A model generated the notes under the pieces. That model was not told the DNA's origin, did no database searches, and worked only from the letters and a program-made list of their open reading frames with translations. The position numbers were made by a program, and so were the translations under genes. From the human T2T-CHM13v2.0 reference genome, Homo sapiens, in NCBI RefSeq assembly GCF_009914755.1, contig NC_060929.1: a stretch of 64,000 nucleotides of DNA. One strand, 5' to 3'. This document shows, piece by piece, positions 1 to 19,660 of the stretch (the stretch's first letter is position 1; each line of letters starts with the position of its first letter).

Positions 1-73
1 CACACTACACACACATTCATGCACATACAAACCATGCTTCATTGTGTGACAGTAGCCAGCTGCAATACTTAAC

Positions 74-372
74 TTTTTTTTTTTTTTTTTTTGAGACATG
101 GTCTCACTCTGTCACCCAGGCTGGAGTGCAGTGGCCCAATCTTAGCTCACTGAACCTCTGCCTCCCAGGTTCAAGTGATTCTCCTGCCTCAGCCTCCTGA
201 GTAGCTGGGACTACAGGCACACACCATCACCCCTGGCTAATTTTTGTATTTTTTAGTAGAGATGGCGTTTCACCATATTGGCCAGGCTGGTCTCGAACTC
301 CTGACCTCATGATCTGCCCGCCTCTGCTTCCCAAAGTGCTGGGATTACAGGCATGAGCCACCACGCCCAGCC
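74..372 (-). mobile_element. Alu (AluS-type), full length
   Basis: Poly-T then antisense Alu dimer ending CCCAGCC; TSD AATACTTA(A/T)C at 64-73 and 373-382. Confidence 0.95.
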
Positions 373-559
373 AATACTTATCTTTTAAGAATTGGTGGAA
401 GCTCTTTAATTAGGAACATTCAAAACCAGAAGAGATTCCACATCAAAAGGAAATAATAACAATTTTGAAATATTAACAATTTATGCTTCTACAAGTCCTT
501 TCACAGCGCTCAAAGGACTTTATGGGCATGCTCACATTTATTCTTTGAATTTAAAAAAT

Positions 560-1558
<999 letters not shown>

Positions 1559-2658
1559 TAAAAACTACATACACCCATTTTTTTTTCTGAGATGGCATTG
1601 TATGGATTTTAAAATATTTATTAAAAACACTTTCATGTTTATGTGGTCTTAGCTCATTTTCATTCCCATTGGTTATATAACATTCTTTCTTCTAAGCATC
1701 AGCTTCCCAAATTCCCATCAATTATGCTAGTGTACCATTTTCTCTACAATTAGATGGTTCCTCTTGCTCCATTCTTCCTTCCTCCACCTCCTGCCCAACC
1801 CCTACTTCCCCAAGGAAAGGAATATGAATATCTTTTATGTATTTCTTTTAGAGTATTGTCTTGTTTTTACAGAATTTCCCTCTACCTGTCTCATAGAGCC
1901 TTATTTTCCAGACCAGTAAATTTGCCTTTCTTTTCTTTCTTATTTTATTTTTTATTTCTCATTTTTATTTTTATTTTTTCCTGCCCCCAGCATTCATGAT
2001 ACATGTGTGTGCTTCACTTTTAGCTTCAGGTGTCTACTGTTTCACAGGCTAGAGGTCTTGACTCAGCCCTTTCTTTTGTTTGTCTCCAGCTTCTGGTGTA
2101 ATCCAGACAATGTTGACCACTCCCTCCTTACTGAGGCCCCCTTCATTTTCTAGGCAGCTCCCTCTCCTGGTTTCCCTCCTCCCTCACAAATCACTACTTC
2201 CTGGTCTCCTGCAAGGTCACCTGTCCCTCAGCCCATTCTTGAAATATTACCATTGCCCAGGTCTTTGTCTGTGGCCTGCTTCTCCTTTCACATGATGCTG
2301 AGTGATCTCATCTACCCCCTTGGCTTCAACCACCAACATAGGATGATGCCTCCCAATCACAGACCTTTAGCCAAGGCTTCTCTTCTTAGTTCTAGGATAT
2401 TGCACCTAACTGTTTACTAGAATTCACTCCCAGACCATTTCTCCTCGATATGTACAAATAGAACCCATCATGTCTCATTTCTGACCTTCTGCCTTCCTCC
2501 CCTGCCTCATCCTCTAGCTCTGTGAAGTATATCATTACCAACCACAGTCATCAAATCAGAAACTGGGCTCCTTGTGGATTATTTCCTCTTCTTTCAAGTC
2601 TGACCAATCACCTTTCATGCCGACTGCCTCCTATTCATGCTTTCTCATACATGTTCCC

Positions 2659-3039
2659 TGATATGATTTGGCTCTGTGTCCCCACCCAAATCTCATGTTG
2701 AATTGTAATCCTCAATGTTGGTGGAGGAACCTGGTGGGAGGTGATTGAATCATGGGGGTGGATTTCTTTCTTGTTGTTCTCACGATAGTGAGTTCTCATG
2801 AGATCTGGTTGTTTCAAAGTATGTGGCACCTCCCCCTTAACTGTCTCTCTCTCCTGCCACCATGTGAAGATGTGCTTCCTTCCCCTTCACCCTTCTGCCA
2901 TAATTGTAAGTTTCCTGGGGCCTCCCTAGCCATGCCTCCTGTACAGCACGTGGAACCGTGAGTCAATTAAACCCCTTTTCTTTATAAATTTCCCAGTCTC
3001 AGGTAGTTCTTTATAGCAGTGTGAGAACAGACTTATACA
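2659..3039 (+). mobile_element. MSTA solo LTR (ERVL-MaLR)
   Basis: Starts TGATATGATTTGGCTCTGTGTCCCCACCCAAATCTC, ends GACTTATACA; flanks TTCCC/TCCCC. Confidence 0.9.
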
Positions 3040-3577
3040 TCCCCCTTTGCCATGTCTATTATCTCATAATTGCCTAACTTATTTTCCTGCTTCCTAAATT
3101 GTGCCCTTTCCATACGTTCTTTACACTGCTGCCAGAATAATCTTTCTAAAATCATGTATCTGAGTTACATAGCTTTTCCATATAAAGTCCAACCTCCTGA
3201 TAGGGCAGTCATCATCCAAACTTTGGCCACTGTGTCTCTAGTCCACACTACGCATGCCCCAAAGATCCTATGCAGCAACACATGTCAAATTGCTAATAAA
3301 GGGCCTGGCTCAACATACAGAAGCTATGTTCAATTTTCAGCCTGGAGATTTGCTCTTCCTCTTATTTCATTTACCACTTCATGCTGCTGTGTCTTTGCAC
3401 ATCCTCTCCTATCCTTCCACTCCCTTTCTTCCCCTTTCCACCTAAGTAGTGCCTATTTATCTTTAAGCCTCAACTTAACTAACCTATTTCCTTGAAACCT
3501 TATGTAGTTAAACATCTCTTCTTGGTTCTCCTGAGGGTCTCTCTGTTGCTGCTGTCATGGCCCCTATGTTTAGTATT

Positions 3578-4256
<679 letters not shown>

Positions 4257-4389
4257 GTATTGGCTTACTTGGTTCATCTATAGGAAGCCATGGGTGGTAG
4301 GTCATGAGCTTAAATTTTTGTATCTCTAATAACAAACACAGTGCTTGGCCCACTGTGAGTGTTCAATAAAGGCAAAAACGAATAAAGCC

Positions 4390-4960
4390 CAGTCATTTCT
4401 ACCGCTCCACATTCATGGTAAGTTCAGTCCTTTATCATCTATACCTGGACAAATTGAATTGCTTCCACACTGGTTTTCCTGACTTCAGTCTCCATTCTGG
4501 TAATTTATCTACTAGCGCTGATCCCATCCTTTTGCCTCCTAAAGATCTAGCACTCCACAGTTCTGATAAGACCCCTCAGCAGGGCCTGTGTCTGTTGAGA
4601 GCTGAGACTGTTGTATTGTGCATATCAATGGTACGGAGGCAGAAAATTGGTCGAGAAACGCTAGCCTATAAAATAAAATTCAGATTTCCCAGTGTGGCTT
4701 CTATAAGGCCACATCATTTTGTTTCCCTTGTAACTTCCAAATAGCCTTAGATGCAGCCATTCCAGACTTTCACATTGTCACCTCAACCAAAACGCCCCCA
4801 GCTGTCCTGCGTTCATGCACTTTGCTAAGAAGGCACTTTAGGAAGCCTTGAATTCCTTCCTCAGTTCCTCCTTCAAGATCTGGCCAAAAACCACCTCCTC
4901 TCTGAAACCTTCCTTGACACTCCCCATATTCTCCCAGCATGATACAAGTCCCATCACTCC
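4390..4960 (+). mobile_element. L2 relic
   Basis: L2-like ATCATCTATACCTGGAC...CTGGTTTTCCTGACTTCAGTCTC and CCACCTCCTCTCTGAAACCTTCC. Confidence 0.55.
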
Positions 4961-4968
4961 TCTATTTA

Positions 4969-5325
<357 letters not shown>

Positions 5326-6444
5326 CTATTTTAGTGAGTACATTTTAGGTTTATGCAACTCTGTATCTTACAATAAAGACTGCTGTTGCTATCACTCTCT
5401 TCCTCACTGGAGTATAACATCCTTAACGAAGATGGAAGACATTTATCTGACTCACTTTTGCAGTGTTACCCATGCCCAATCCCTCTTCTAGGCCAAAGCA
5501 CCCAGCACAGTTACTGGAACTCATGATTCCCCTTATCTGTGAATGAAAATCCCAAAAATATCTTTCTTCTCCCCTCTTTCCCACAGTGGGCCCTTGCCCT
5601 TATCTTTCTTTGAATTCCTGAATTCTTTACATTTCCTTGCACCATAATTTTCCTCTGCTGGCAAAGAAACATTCTACTCTAATCCCTTTTGGAAGCATTG
5701 TCGTCACAGTGTGGTCAAGATTTCTTCCATCTCATTCCCCTATGTGCTTCAGATGCCACGTCGGTTTCCTCTAAGAGGCCAAGCATACCTGCTTATATTT
5801 TGAGCTGTTAATAGCTCCCCATTTTTGTCTCTCACCCCCATCCCAACAGCTTCACCATCTTTTTAGATCTTGACTCTTTAAAAATTTTTATCGTCCATCC
5901 ATTCCTGTGTTGTCTCCCCAAAACAAGGATGGGAAACAGGTTTCTCTTCTCTGATTAAAACACTCTGTTCCAGATAAAGCCCTGGCAACAGCATTCCCAT
6001 CTTCTTCACCAGGATGCAAGTGTTATCATTGCCTTTAATCACATTTGTTTTATTGCATTCATAAAGCAATAAAACGTCTCAATCCACACACTATGCAAAC
6101 AGTTGGCTGCAGCCAGCTATAACTTACGAAGATAAAAACTTGTTCCAGAGCTATTGGATGAGGCCAGTTTGGGCTGCAGAGGACATTTCTCCTGCAGTTT
6201 TCTTTTTGTCTCACCTTCTTCCAAAGTGTTCCTCTCTCGCCTTGGCTTTTTCCAAGTTTGCTTTTGCATCGTGCTTCCTGTTCATTTGGATTTTAATTGG
6301 GCCTTGCTTTCCGTTTCATTCTCCTTAAATTTGCTTCTGCCTTGCACATCTCAGACTGTGCTGGGGTTACTTGGCTCAGGTCTCTTGCTGCATATTCACT
6401 GTAGATTTGGTGTGGTCCATTCATTGCCATTGTGTCTGCAGAGG

Positions 6445-6630
6445 GAGGACAGCATGCAGATTAAGTGTCCTGGTTCAGGCATCAGCCTACATTGGGATGT
6501 TCTGCCCCTTTCTAGTTGTGTCATCACAGGCCAGTCATTTAACATCTCTGAGACCCAATTTCCTTATCTGTAAAGCAGGTATAATAGTGGTATTTAGTGC
6601 ATAATGAACATTAATGGTAGCTGTCATTAG
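6445..6630 (+). mobile_element. MIR
   Basis: MIR core TTTAACATCTCTGAGACCCAATTTCCTTATCTGTAAA. Confidence 0.65.
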
Positions 6631-6741
6631 TATCAACTTTTCAGACTCCAGCTAGGCTTATGGAACATGGATCTTTCCTCTCGTATTTGTGTAACTATAT
6701 AAGCCTTTATTCATTCCCTCTCCTGCCATTTTTTAAACAGG

Positions 6742-6743
<2 letters not shown>

Positions 6744-6781
<38 letters not shown>

Positions 6782-6784
6782 TGT
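6744..6784. repeat. (TG)n microsatellite
   Basis: About 20 TG units with one interruption. Confidence 0.95.
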
Positions 6785-7234
6785 CTATGGGGGTAGAGGG
6801 TGTCTCTGGCAATGCAAAAAAAGAGTGGATTGCATATCTATTCCTGCCTTGAGTATTTGAGCCATAGATCCAGGGGTTTGTGAAGTTTGGGGGCATATCC
6901 ATAAGCTCTAAAATCACCCAGGAAGGCTTTGGAAGTTGTGATTGGTTGGCGAGATCCCCTGAAAGTGTGCAGGGCTACCTTAGTAGCCATGAGCAGAACT
7001 GGGGGTGAGGATCTAGCACTCTCTGCCCTCTGTGAGATGTCATCCATCCTCCAGGGATAAACAGAGTTCTAACTTCCAGGGGAACCCCAGAATCCATTCG
7101 AGGATTCAGGGCTGGGTCCAGAATCAGCCCAAAGCTGGAACAACAAGCATCCTCAGCCAATTTCCAAAGACTGGGACTCTGGGTCTTCAATTAGGAAGGG
7201 AGAAAGAACAATTCAGAGGATTGAGTGACCAGAG

Positions 7235-7360
7235 CACAGTAACTGTGTGACTCCAGGCAAGTCGCTTTCCCTCTCTGAACCTTGGGTTTCCCAATCTACG
7301 AAGGAGAGGGCTGGATCTGTGAGATGACTGAATTAGTTGACTGTTAAGGTCTCTTTCTTA
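7235..7360 (+). mobile_element. MIR/MIR3 fragment
   Basis: CTGTGTGACTCCAGGCAAGTCGCTTTCCCTCTCTGAACCTTGGGTTTCC. Confidence 0.6.
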
Positions 7361-9881
7361 CATGATGAGCATTTTGTGATTTTATAAAGCAATTCTTTCT
7401 CAGCCAGACCACAATCTTTTACTGGTTTTGTGACTTCAGAGATCCATCACCTTCCTCCAGGAGGTCATTGTAAAATGAGTCCATTACTACCTGCTCAGCA
7501 ATGGTGTGAAAATCAAATGAGACCACGGGTGGTGAAGTTCCTTGAAAATTATGTGAAATACAAATTAAGGGATTGTAGTCAGCATTTAACATCTTGCATA
7601 TTATAGTCACTTATTACACATTTTTTCAAATTGACCTTAGACAAGAAGCAAACAAAAATTAAGAGAGCAGAATGGCATGTGAACTTATCTAGTAGGTAAT
7701 AATGGTAGCCCAGCTGGGTTAGCAATAGGGGAAACTCAAAGCCATCATTTCCCAAGCCCATGGACTTTTCACGTGATCTGCTCTAAATGACACATTTTCC
7801 TTAATGTGCATTTCATGTGGAGCTGGGTGACGAGTTGGTCCAAACCACAGGCCTGGGCTCTGGAGACAGGTGAGGGAGGGAAATCTGTGTCTACTAAAGG
7901 CAGTAATTCCCTCAAGCTGGCCTTGAGCTTGGGGACAAGGATCAAAATTGGTGCCAGCCAGAGCCAGGTCTTAGCTAAATCTAAATAAGAGACATTAAAT
8001 ATCTGCCTTGGAAAAAATTCTTGAGACTAGAAACTTAAGAGAAGTAATCCCTGGTTTCACCCCGAGTCTGAGGGTAAGCCTGGTCTAGATTGTTGCTACT
8101 GATTTACACAGGTGACCTCTCCAGCCCCAACCTACCATGTGCAGAGGCTTCCAGCCTTGCTGCTACTCACTTCAAGCCCTGCTTAACTCTATTGACTTAA
8201 ATGAATTTGTGAGCCTCTGAATGGGAGCAGTATCCCTTTTTTAGTAATACATAAATAAATAAAATAAACAGGTCCTACTGGCTTAGAGGAATCCCTGTGA
8301 GCTTCCAGGAACCAATGTTCCCTGACTTCATTTCATTTTCAGGAGGGAGGCCTAGCCTACGTGAAATAGAGGTGACTTGTTTGGACAGCATCTGGTTTGT
8401 GTAAAATTAGTAGGAGTGGGCCCACTGGGTCAGCAAGGGCTACTGAGAAACTGTCTGTGGCCAAGGAGGAAAAATAACACCACCACTTCTATATTAAAGG
8501 GAGAGAAAGTACGGGCTCCAAGTGAGAAATGTAGAGTCAGCATTATTGAATCCCCACATATTTTTATAGGGGGGTTGAAAGCAAAAAATTTACCAAAAAC
8601 TCCCCACAGGCCCAAACAAAGCCACAGTGTGTTCCCATTTACTGCCAGCCTGATAATCACACCCTTCACATCTTTTACAGTTAGGCTGTGAACTCAGTGA
8701 GTGTAAGGCGCTTCCTATAAACAAAGGCTAGCAGAGATCGCATTACCTTCTTCCTCCTCTTTCCCCATCTGCAGAATGAAGGGGTCAAGCAATGGCTTAA
8801 CCTTTTGTGTTCATTAACGTTTTGGCTCCCTGTTGCAAACTAAGAGCCAGAGATAAACGATAAATGAACTGGTAATTAGAAGTCAGGAAAGGAAGCTTCC
8901 AAGCAGGCTGTGGGCGGCTCTGTGTCAGACCCACTCATCCCCAAAGCTGGATCTGTAAACTGAAGCTGGGGTTGCTATCACCTCCGAGACAGCAAGGCTT
9001 GACTCTCCATAGAACCCAACGCTGCTCTGCCCACTGAGCCCAAAGCAAGGGGGCAATGATTTCTGGAAGATGGTGTTTGGTGTGTAAGATGGTAGAAACT
9101 CAGAATTCTAACTCAGAGTTAACTGTGAAAAAAGCATCTCATGCCACTCAGGACCCTTCCCTCCTCGCCTGACCTTCGCTCGAGAGCAAACCCTCTTACT
9201 TCATTCTCTTTCCTGTTTATTTTATGAACCTTCCTCCTACTCCTCAAAGTTCAGCTCAATTTCCCGTGGTCTCCCCCACTTTTTCATTATCCAGTGTTCT
9301 CACTCACCTCTGAACTTGAAACCCTGAGTGACTTGGCTCTTGCTTGAGATCATCTTAGTGTTTCTGGGGGTCTTGTTTATTACCTACATTTTACCATAAG
9401 GGAAAACCATTTGTTTCCAAATTCCCTGCCCTCCTTTTCCGCCCCACCTGCCAAGGTCCATGAAAACAGCTACTTAACTGAATGTCTCAATATATCTGCC
9501 TTAGCCCATAGGATATTTAACATTTGAAAAACAGCTGAGTATCTTCTCAACAAAATGTTAGCTTTCCACATTCTCTCCTTCTCTCAAGGACAAGCATGGG
9601 TTCTGTTGCATCCATGAATTTCTCTGCCACTATCAAAACGGCACCTATCTCTCACTTTTCTGTCCACATTATTCTTTGCCTCTTTGATGCATCTTGTCTC
9701 ATAGGTTCTAGCAGACGTTGGGATCCTAAGAGGTCTTCTAGCCACCTCTCCAGCAACTCCACAGAAGCTGGCCATCTGGCTGCTGCTTTGCTATTTGTGA
9801 CTCCATAAGATATAGAATTATGTTGTGATAATACTGTTTTCTGTGTGTATATAAATTTTGGGTTTTTAGAAAACTGTGTGG

Positions 9882-10055
9882 CTAGGGTTGTCAGTTTACA
9901 TCACGCATAAGGATCACCAGGACAGTCATTAAAATATATAGATTCCTACCATCACTCACAGAAATGTTCCTTCCTTGGAGTCAGGCCTAAGAACCTGGAT
10001 TGGAGGACTGCATTTTGAAAAAGTTACTCTCAAGATATTTATGTAGACAGGTCTT
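9882..10055. mobile_element. MER5-type hAT-Charlie relic
   Basis: GATCACCAGG...TAAAATATATAGATTCC...CTGCATTTT pattern. Confidence 0.45.
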
Positions 10056-10954
10056 AAACAATTTCTGTGTCATCCATGGTGGTTGACAGGGCTGAGCTTG
10101 GGGAAGATGGCTGTCTTACAAAGACTCATCAGATCACTGATTAAAATAAAGTAGGATCCTCCACTAAGCTGGTCTTCTGGGCCAACTTATCTTCTACTGC
10201 AGAGTTCCAAACATTCACCTGGAATCCAAACATTCAATGACCTCTACAAAGCACATCAGGAAAATCCCTTAAATTCCAAGCTAATTGACAGAGATTCCAG
10301 GGATAGTTAGCAAATACTTTTCTCTCCTCTATTGAGAAATAACAAGAACAATAGTTTGGCTTTCAGCCTACCCAGCAAATATCACTCCACCAAGGTTCCC
10401 TGCAACTTTTCAGCCTCTTAATACAACATTTAGGGGAATAGAGTTTCTCTAGAACAAAATTCAAAGCATAAAAGAGAAAATTTTATGTTACTTGGAGGCA
10501 GACCATTCAGATGTTTTGAGTTGATTTGGCATAGCTGAAAGAATTTTCACACTTGCAAAAATATCAAAGTTCATTTTTGGCCTCCAAAGAGCTGAAATAT
10601 AGCTCTGTTTTCAAACTCTAATGAATTTGGCATGAACACCATTACTTGTAATTATTGTGTTTTTGGAAGACTAAAAAAATGAAGTTTGATCTAATGTAAT
10701 AGCAGATTTCAGAATGCTGGAATTAAAACAGTGCTAGACATTACCTAGTCCAGTTCTAACTTTTAAAGTCGAGGAAGATAACCCTTTGTCTTATATTTCT
10801 AATTAACAAAATAATAATGAAAACCACAGTTCCCAAGGGCTACTTTACTCCAGGTATGAGATTTAAGCAAAATACAAATGAATTAGACATAGGACAACAT
10901 AATTTAAAGAACCTTTAGCACAGTCAGATATTCTATGAATGCAAGATGATAGAG

Positions 10955-11144
10955 AATATAATAGAACAGAAAGAATGTTAGATTGGGAGACAGAAGGCAT
11001 GGGTTCAATGTCCTGTCTTGGCCTTGTAGAAATGTCAAGATACTGGGCATGTCATGACTCAGCTTCAGCGTCTTCTGCAAAATTGAGGTGATAATGTGGG
11101 CTGTTTTAAGAATGAAGTTGAACGATGTATGTGAAAGTACATAT
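10955..11144 (+). mobile_element. MIR
   Basis: GGAGACAGAAGGCATGGGTTCAA...ATGTATGTGAAAGTAC. Confidence 0.55.
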
Positions 11145-11582
11145 TGTCCTAGTCTGTTTTCTGTTGCTACAATAGAATACCTGAGACTGGGTAATTTATA
11201 AAGAAAAGGTCTTTATTTCGCTCATAGCTCTGGAGGCTGGGAAGTTCAAGATTGGGCAGCCATATTTGGTGGCTACTGGTGAGAGCTTTGTGCTATATCA
11301 AAAACATGGCAGAGAAATAGAAAGGGAACTGGGTGCATATGAAAAAAGGGCAAAACACAAGAACCAACCTCACTTTGTAACAACCTACTCTTGAGGGAAC
11401 TCATCCACTTGTACAAGAGCTAACACATTCCCAGGAGAACTAATCCAGCCTGGAGAGAAAGACATTAATTCATCTTAATGACCTAATCATCTTTCAAAGG
11501 CGTGACATCCTAACATCACCACATTAGGGTTCAGGCTTCAATACAAGTTTTGGTGGGGACAAACCATATTCAAACCATAAGA
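11145..11582 (-). mobile_element. MST-family LTR (MSTB2/MSTC-like)
   Basis: TGTCCTAGTCTGTTTTCTGTTGCTA...GAGACTGGGTAATTTATAAAG...ATTCAAACCATAA. Confidence 0.85.
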
Positions 11583-13742
11583 ATAATAAACTCTCAAATT
11601 CTATTATCTCATTGATAAAACAACATGCGTGGGGATTACATTCAGTTTGTCTGCTTAGAGTTAAATCTTCGTATCTCCTTGCTTTAGTTTCTTCTGCCTA
11701 AATACCAGTCTGAATCTTTTTTGATCCTGCTTTTTTTATGGCTTTTTTATCTTCTTTGGTCCCACCCTGCCCAAAAGAGCATTCCTTGGTCAAGTGATGC
11801 CCATATCCAATCTGGATTCAGAAGAGGAGAAGCACAACCCTGCCTCTTCCCATTCTGTCTCCCAGCATCTACATGGTTCTCCAACTCATAGCACTTCCCT
11901 GGGTGTTTATCAAACTGTATTGAAGGAAATAGAATAGAATAAAAAGAAACTGAATTGAATTCCTGAAAGTGAATTCGACTCTTCCCTTCCTGAACTCTGG
12001 GCTGCCTTAAGGGAAGACCAACTAAGAGGGTCTCATCTGAGTTTTACCCATTGCTGAAGTAAATTGGGAAACAAATTTTCTTTTTGAAAAGAAAACTGAA
12101 CTTTTCTCAGGTCTACTGTCTATGTTGCCCAGCAGAAAATGGTTCTCTTTCTTCTAGGAGGAAGTGCATAGGTCTTCCACTTGGGTAATGGTACTGATTT
12201 GCCACAATTTTTTTTTTTTTGCAAACTCTCATTATGGGCAAAAAAAATCTTTATTATTATTATTTTACTCTGGTGGCTCTGAGGTTTTTCTAACAACCAT
12301 GATGAGGAGGCTCTTAGAAAAAGAAGACAGCAACTTGGAGTAATTGTTTTTCTGGTTTGCTTTTGTTGTCTAGTCTAGAAACTGTGGCTCTTGTCACATT
12401 CCTATCTGCTAGTCTGGGTCAACGCTCCCCAAAAGGAGGCTCTGATTTAAGCATTACCACAGTACAAACAGAGCTCAGCCAAACCTCCAGTGGCAGGTAT
12501 AAAACATTGACTATGTCTGAGTCAAAAATGTTGCAAAATGTATATATGCCACAAAGATGTATCAGCTTTTCCAACTGGTCTGGGTTTATGGCAACAAGGG
12601 CTGGGTATCAGATTGTGATCTCTCCTTTGAGATCTCAAGTCTTGACCTGTGGGTTGAACTCTTCCACCTTTTGGCATACATGGAATATTCTGAAATGTTA
12701 TAGGATGTCCTACATGCTGGCAATTCTCATAGCCTCCTTAAGATAAAGTCTTCCCACCGAGCTAGCTGCAGGAGTTTTTTTTGTTTGTTTTTTTTTTTTT
12801 GTTTGTTTGTTTGTTTTTGTACCCCAGTGGCACCTGGAACACCATCAAAACAGAACTGCTTACTCCTCTGGGAAGGGGGCTGAAGCCAGGGAGCCAAGTG
12901 GTCTTGCTCAGCAGATCCCACCCCCATGGAGCCCAACAAACTAAGATCAACTGGCTTGAAATTCTCGCTGCCAGCACAGCAGTCTGAAGTTGACCTGGGA
13001 TCCTCAAGCTTGGTGGGGGTAGGGGGGCATCTGCCATTACAGAGGCTTGAGTAGGCAGTTTTCCCCTCACAGTGTAAACAAAGCTGCTGGGAAGTTCAAA
13101 CTGGGTACGGAACCCACCGTAGTGCTGCAAAGCCACTCTAGTCAGATTGCCTCTCTAGATTCCTTCTCTCTGGGCAGGGCATCTCTGAAAGAAAGGCAGC
13201 AGCCCCAGTCAGGGGCTTATAGATAAAACTCCCATCTCCCTGGGACAGAGCACCTAAAGGAAGGAGTGGCTGTAGGTGCAGCTTCAGCAGACTTAAATGT
13301 TCCTGCCTGCTGGCTCTGAAGAGAGCAGCGGATCTCCCAGCACAGTGCTCAAGCTCTGCTAAGGGACAGACTGCCTTCTCAAGTGGTCCCTGAACCCCGT
13401 GCCACCTGTCTGGGAGACACCTCCCAGCAGGCGTCGACAGACACCTCATACAGGAGAGCTCCAGCTGGCATCTGGTGGGTGCCCCTCTGGGATGAAGCTC
13501 CCAGAGGAAGAAGCAGGCAGCAGTCTTTGCTGTTCTGCAGCCTCTGCTGGTGTAGCCAGGCAAACAGGGTCTGGAGTGGACCTCCCGCAAACTCCAGTAG
13601 ACCTGCAGCAGAGGGGCCTGACTGTTAGAAGGAAAACAAACAGAAAGCAATAGCATCAACATCAACAAAAAGGATGCCCTGACACAGAAACCCCATCCAA
13701 AGGTCTCCAACATCAAAGACTAAATATAGGTAAATCCAAAAG

Positions 13743-14759
13743 TTGAGGAAAACCAGCTCAAAAAGGCTGAAAATTCCAAAAACCAGAATGCCTCTTCTCC
13801 TCCAAAGGATCACAACTCCTCGCCAGCAAGGGAACAAAACTGGACGGAGAATGAGTTTGACAAATTGACAAAAGTAGGCTTCAGAAGGTAAGTAATAAGA
13901 AACTCCTCCAAGCTAAAGGAGCATGTTCTAACCCAATGCAAGGAAGCTAAGAACCTTGATAAAAGGTTACAGGAACTGCTAACCAGAATTACCAGTTTAG
14001 AGAAGAAAATAAATGACCTGATGGAGCTGAAAAACACAGCACAAGAACTTTTTGAAGCATACACAAGTATCAATAGCCAAATCGATCAAGCAGAAGAAAG
14101 GATATCAGAGATTGAAGATCAACTTAATGAAATCAAGCATGAAGACAAGATTAGAGAAAAAAGAATGCAAAGGAACAAACAAAGCCTCCAAGAAACATGG
14201 GACTATGTGAAAAGACCAAATCTACGTCTGATTGGTGTACCTGAAAGTGACGGGGAGAATGGAACCAAGTTGGAAAACACACTTCAGGATATTATCCAGG
14301 AGAAATTCCCCAATATCACAAGATAGGCCAACATTCAAATTCAGGAAATACAGAGAACACTAGAAAGATACTCCTCGAGAAGAGCAACTTCAAGACACAT
14401 AATCATCAGATTCACCAAGGTTGAAATGAAGGAAAAAATGTTAAGGGTAGCCAGGTAGAAAAGTTGGGTTACCCACAAAGCGAAGCCCATCAGACTAACA
14501 GCAGATCGCTCTGCAGAAACCCTACAAGCCAGAAGAGAGTGGGGGCCAATATACAACATTCTTAAAGGAAAGAATTTTCAACCCAGAATTTCATATCCAG
14601 CCAAACTAAGCTTCATAAGTGAAGGAGAAATAAAATCCTTTACAGAAAAGTAAATGCGGAGAGATTTTGTCACCACCAGGCCTGCCTTACAAGAGCTCCT
14701 GAAGGAAGTACTTAAGGAAAAACCGGTTCCAGCCACTGCAAAAACATACCAAATTGTAA
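13743..14759 (+). pseudogene. L1 ORF1p remnant (start mutated to TTG, stops/frameshifts)
   Basis: ORF 14021-14326 reads ...QSLQETWDYVKRPNLRLIGVPESDGENGTKLENTLQDIIQE, the L1 ORF1p signature. Confidence 0.9.
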
Positions 14760-14822
14760 AGACCATCGACACTGTGAAGAAACTGCATCAATGAATGGGC
14801 AAAATAACCAGCTAGCATCAAA

Positions 14823-18918
<4,096 letters not shown>

Positions 18919-19108
18919 ACAATGAGAACATATGGACATAAGGAGGGGAACATCACAGACTGGGGCCTGTCGGGTTCAGGGGCAAGGGGAGGGATAGCAT
19001 TAGGAGAAATACCTATTGTAGATGACGGGTTGATGGCTGCAGCAAACCACCATGGCACATGAATACCTATGTAAAAAACCTGCATATTTTGCACATGTAC
19101 CCCAGAAC

Positions 19109-19209
19109 TTAAAGTATATATATAATTAAAGTATATATATATATAATTAAAGTATATATATAATTAAAGTATATATATATAAAGTATATATAATTAAAGT
19201 ATATATATG

Positions 19210-19243
<34 letters not shown>
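19109..19243. repeat. TTAAAG(TA)n tandem array plus (CA)n replacing the L1 tail
   Basis: Six AAAGTATATA units followed by about 15 CA. Confidence 0.9.
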
Positions 19244-19246
<3 letters not shown>

Positions 19247-19529
19247 GAAAAGACAAAGTCTTCCTTCTTTTCCTAAGGAGCAACCTCAACATTTTCACCT
19301 AAATTCCCTCCTTCTCCACCCACAACAGAACCAGGCCCCTTTAGGTATGAAAGACTAAGCCACTATCCGAAAACACATTAGCACATATTCTTATTTTATC
19401 CAAGAGACACTCAGGAGTCACTAAAAGAGAGGGGAATGACACCTGAAGAAGATATTTTGGGCTGTTCTGTGCAATGACTGGGCCCGTATTCATCTTCATA
19501 ATCCAATGGATATTTGTACTAAATACTGT

Positions 19530-19660
19530 TTATAAAATACTTTTCACAGGCATGAGCTCATTTGAACATCACATGCTGTGATGTAAGGACATTGCTGTCC
19601 TCACGTTAGAGATGAGGTAACTGAGGCTCCAGGATGTGTCTTCAGATCCAGTGCTCCTTC
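19530..19660 (-). mobile_element. MIR
   Basis: CTCATTTGAACATCAC...AGAGATGAGGTAACTGAGGCTC. Confidence 0.6.

Noticed and set aside
10205-10235. TCCAAACATTCA repeated with 7-nt spacer
   Set aside because: Too short; ordinary micro-duplication or chance
13138-13716. 192-aa antisense ORF in the L1 5' UTR as possible ORF0-like gene
   Set aside because: No evidence of expression; I cannot match it to ORF0, and long chance ORFs are common in this GC-richer UTR
19109-19210. CRISPR-like repeat/spacer array
   Set aside because: Eukaryotic context; the spacers are only (TA)n and the unit derives from the L1 3' end
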